DNA of 64,000 nucleotides. It comes from Octopus sinensis (lineage: Eukaryota). The stretch is from positions 35,960,001-36,024,000 of the forward strand of contig NC_043010.1 in the NCBI RefSeq assembly GCF_006345805.1, in the 5' to 3' direction. A model generated the notes under the pieces. That model did no database searches, was not told the DNA's origin, and was given only the letters and a program-made list of their open reading frames with translations. Below, in pieces: positions 62,751 through 64,000 of the stretch. Positions within the stretch are counted from its first letter, which is position 1; each line of letters opens with the position of its first letter. A program made the position numbers and the translations under genes.

Positions 62751-64000
62751 ATGATGAAAGGGTATCTGTCAAATCGCAAAGGCAGACAAAAAAGCAAAGT
62801 TGCGAGTGCAGGCTTAGTTGGTGTTGACTCCTAATGGTACTGTAAATGTTGTTGTTGTTCTGATGGTGTTAATGGTTGTTAGTGACAGAGTGGTGTGTTT
62901 TTATTCGTAATTAAAGCCGGTAGCGTTGGTAGTAGTAGTTGGTAACATTTCTTCTCTTATTGGTTGTGGTGGTAGTGTTTGTTATTTTTATGGCCAATGG
63001 TGGTGCTGTTGTTAGAATTTCGTAACAGTGATATAGTTTCTACTGCTGGTCGTGTTGTTGTTCTTACACATCAAATTGTTGTGGCTGTTGTTGTTGTTGT
63101 CAACAGCTGATTACCTATTATGGTAATCTGTAATTTTACCATTATTTTTTCCTTTCTTTTACATATTGTTATACATATTTTTTGCTGTTATTTCCCTTTT
63201 TTACGTTATTGTTATATTTTATTATATTGTCCTTAACACAAACACGTGGCTTTCTCAATATTTGGAGGTGGATGGGGTGACTATTATAAAGCATAACAGT
63301 TGCGGTAAGAGTACTAATAGTAGTGGTAGTTGCGGTGACAATAACAGTGTGTGTTGGTGATAGTGGTGGTGGTTGTGGTGACAGAACCAGTATGTAATGT
63401 TGATGGGTGGTTGTGGCTGCGGTGACAACACTGCTGGTGGTTCTGGTGACAGCTGTAGTATATTGGCGGTTGCTGTGACAGATCCAATACGTAATGTGGA
63501 CGTTAGTGGTTCTGCTGGTGGTTGTAGTAACAATCCTTATCGCTGGTTGTGGTGATGGTTTTAGTATGGTATATTGGTGCTTGCAGTGACAATTATTATA
63601 GATGTGTATTGTCAAGGCGATGTAGCAACGATGTCAATGGGATGGTGTTGTGGAGGTGATGGTTATGGTCACAGGCAACATATAGGAAGAGGTGGAAGTT
63701 GTTTGTGGTTGTTGTTTAAGCTCCCAGGTTAGACTCGTCAAGCAGAGACCAAAGACATTCTAACTGCGAACATCATCTTAGTTATAGTATATATCAGACA
63801 TAAATTTATTTCTTCTATAGGCACAAGGCCTGAAATTTTGTGGGGAGGGTCTAATCAATGTAATGACCCCCCCCCCCAGTCCTCAACTCATACTTATTTT
63901 ATCACACCGGAAAGGAAGAAAGCCAAAGTCGACCACGACGGTATTTGAACCCAGAACATAAAGAGTCCGGAAAAAAAAAATACCGCTGGCATTTTGTCCG

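Noticed and set aside
63169-63615. Thr-rich mucin-like ORF
   Set aside because: Degenerate GGT/GTT low-complexity sequence with no convincing exon boundaries.

Overview
AT-rich, repeat-dense eukaryotic genomic DNA. The SINE families and microsatellite style suggest an octopus (inference). The only host coding sequence I can support is the 5' part of a minus-strand class-I facilitative sugar transporter gene (SLC2A/GLUT-like): a 96-nt TM1 exon at 724-819 and a probable first coding exon at 18066-18176, separated by a ~17.2-kb intron. Candidate upstream non-coding exons or promoters lie near 40.1 kb and 62.6 kb. The rest is a mosaic of tRNA-derived SINEs (about four families), LINE fragments (RTE, CR1, Dong/R4), mariner, hAT, piggyBac-like and Helitron non-autonomous elements, a 41-bp minisatellite and very long microsatellites. 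The most notable signal is a set of minimal type-I hammerhead ribozyme motifs from at least five unrelated repeat families, most of them in Penelope-style inverted repeats. One with an intact core is carried by a tRNA-headed SINE on the sense strand of the GLUT intron. Another lies in a perfect 105-bp-arm palindrome that encodes it on both strands. All folds, alignments and family assignments were done by eye and no searches were run.
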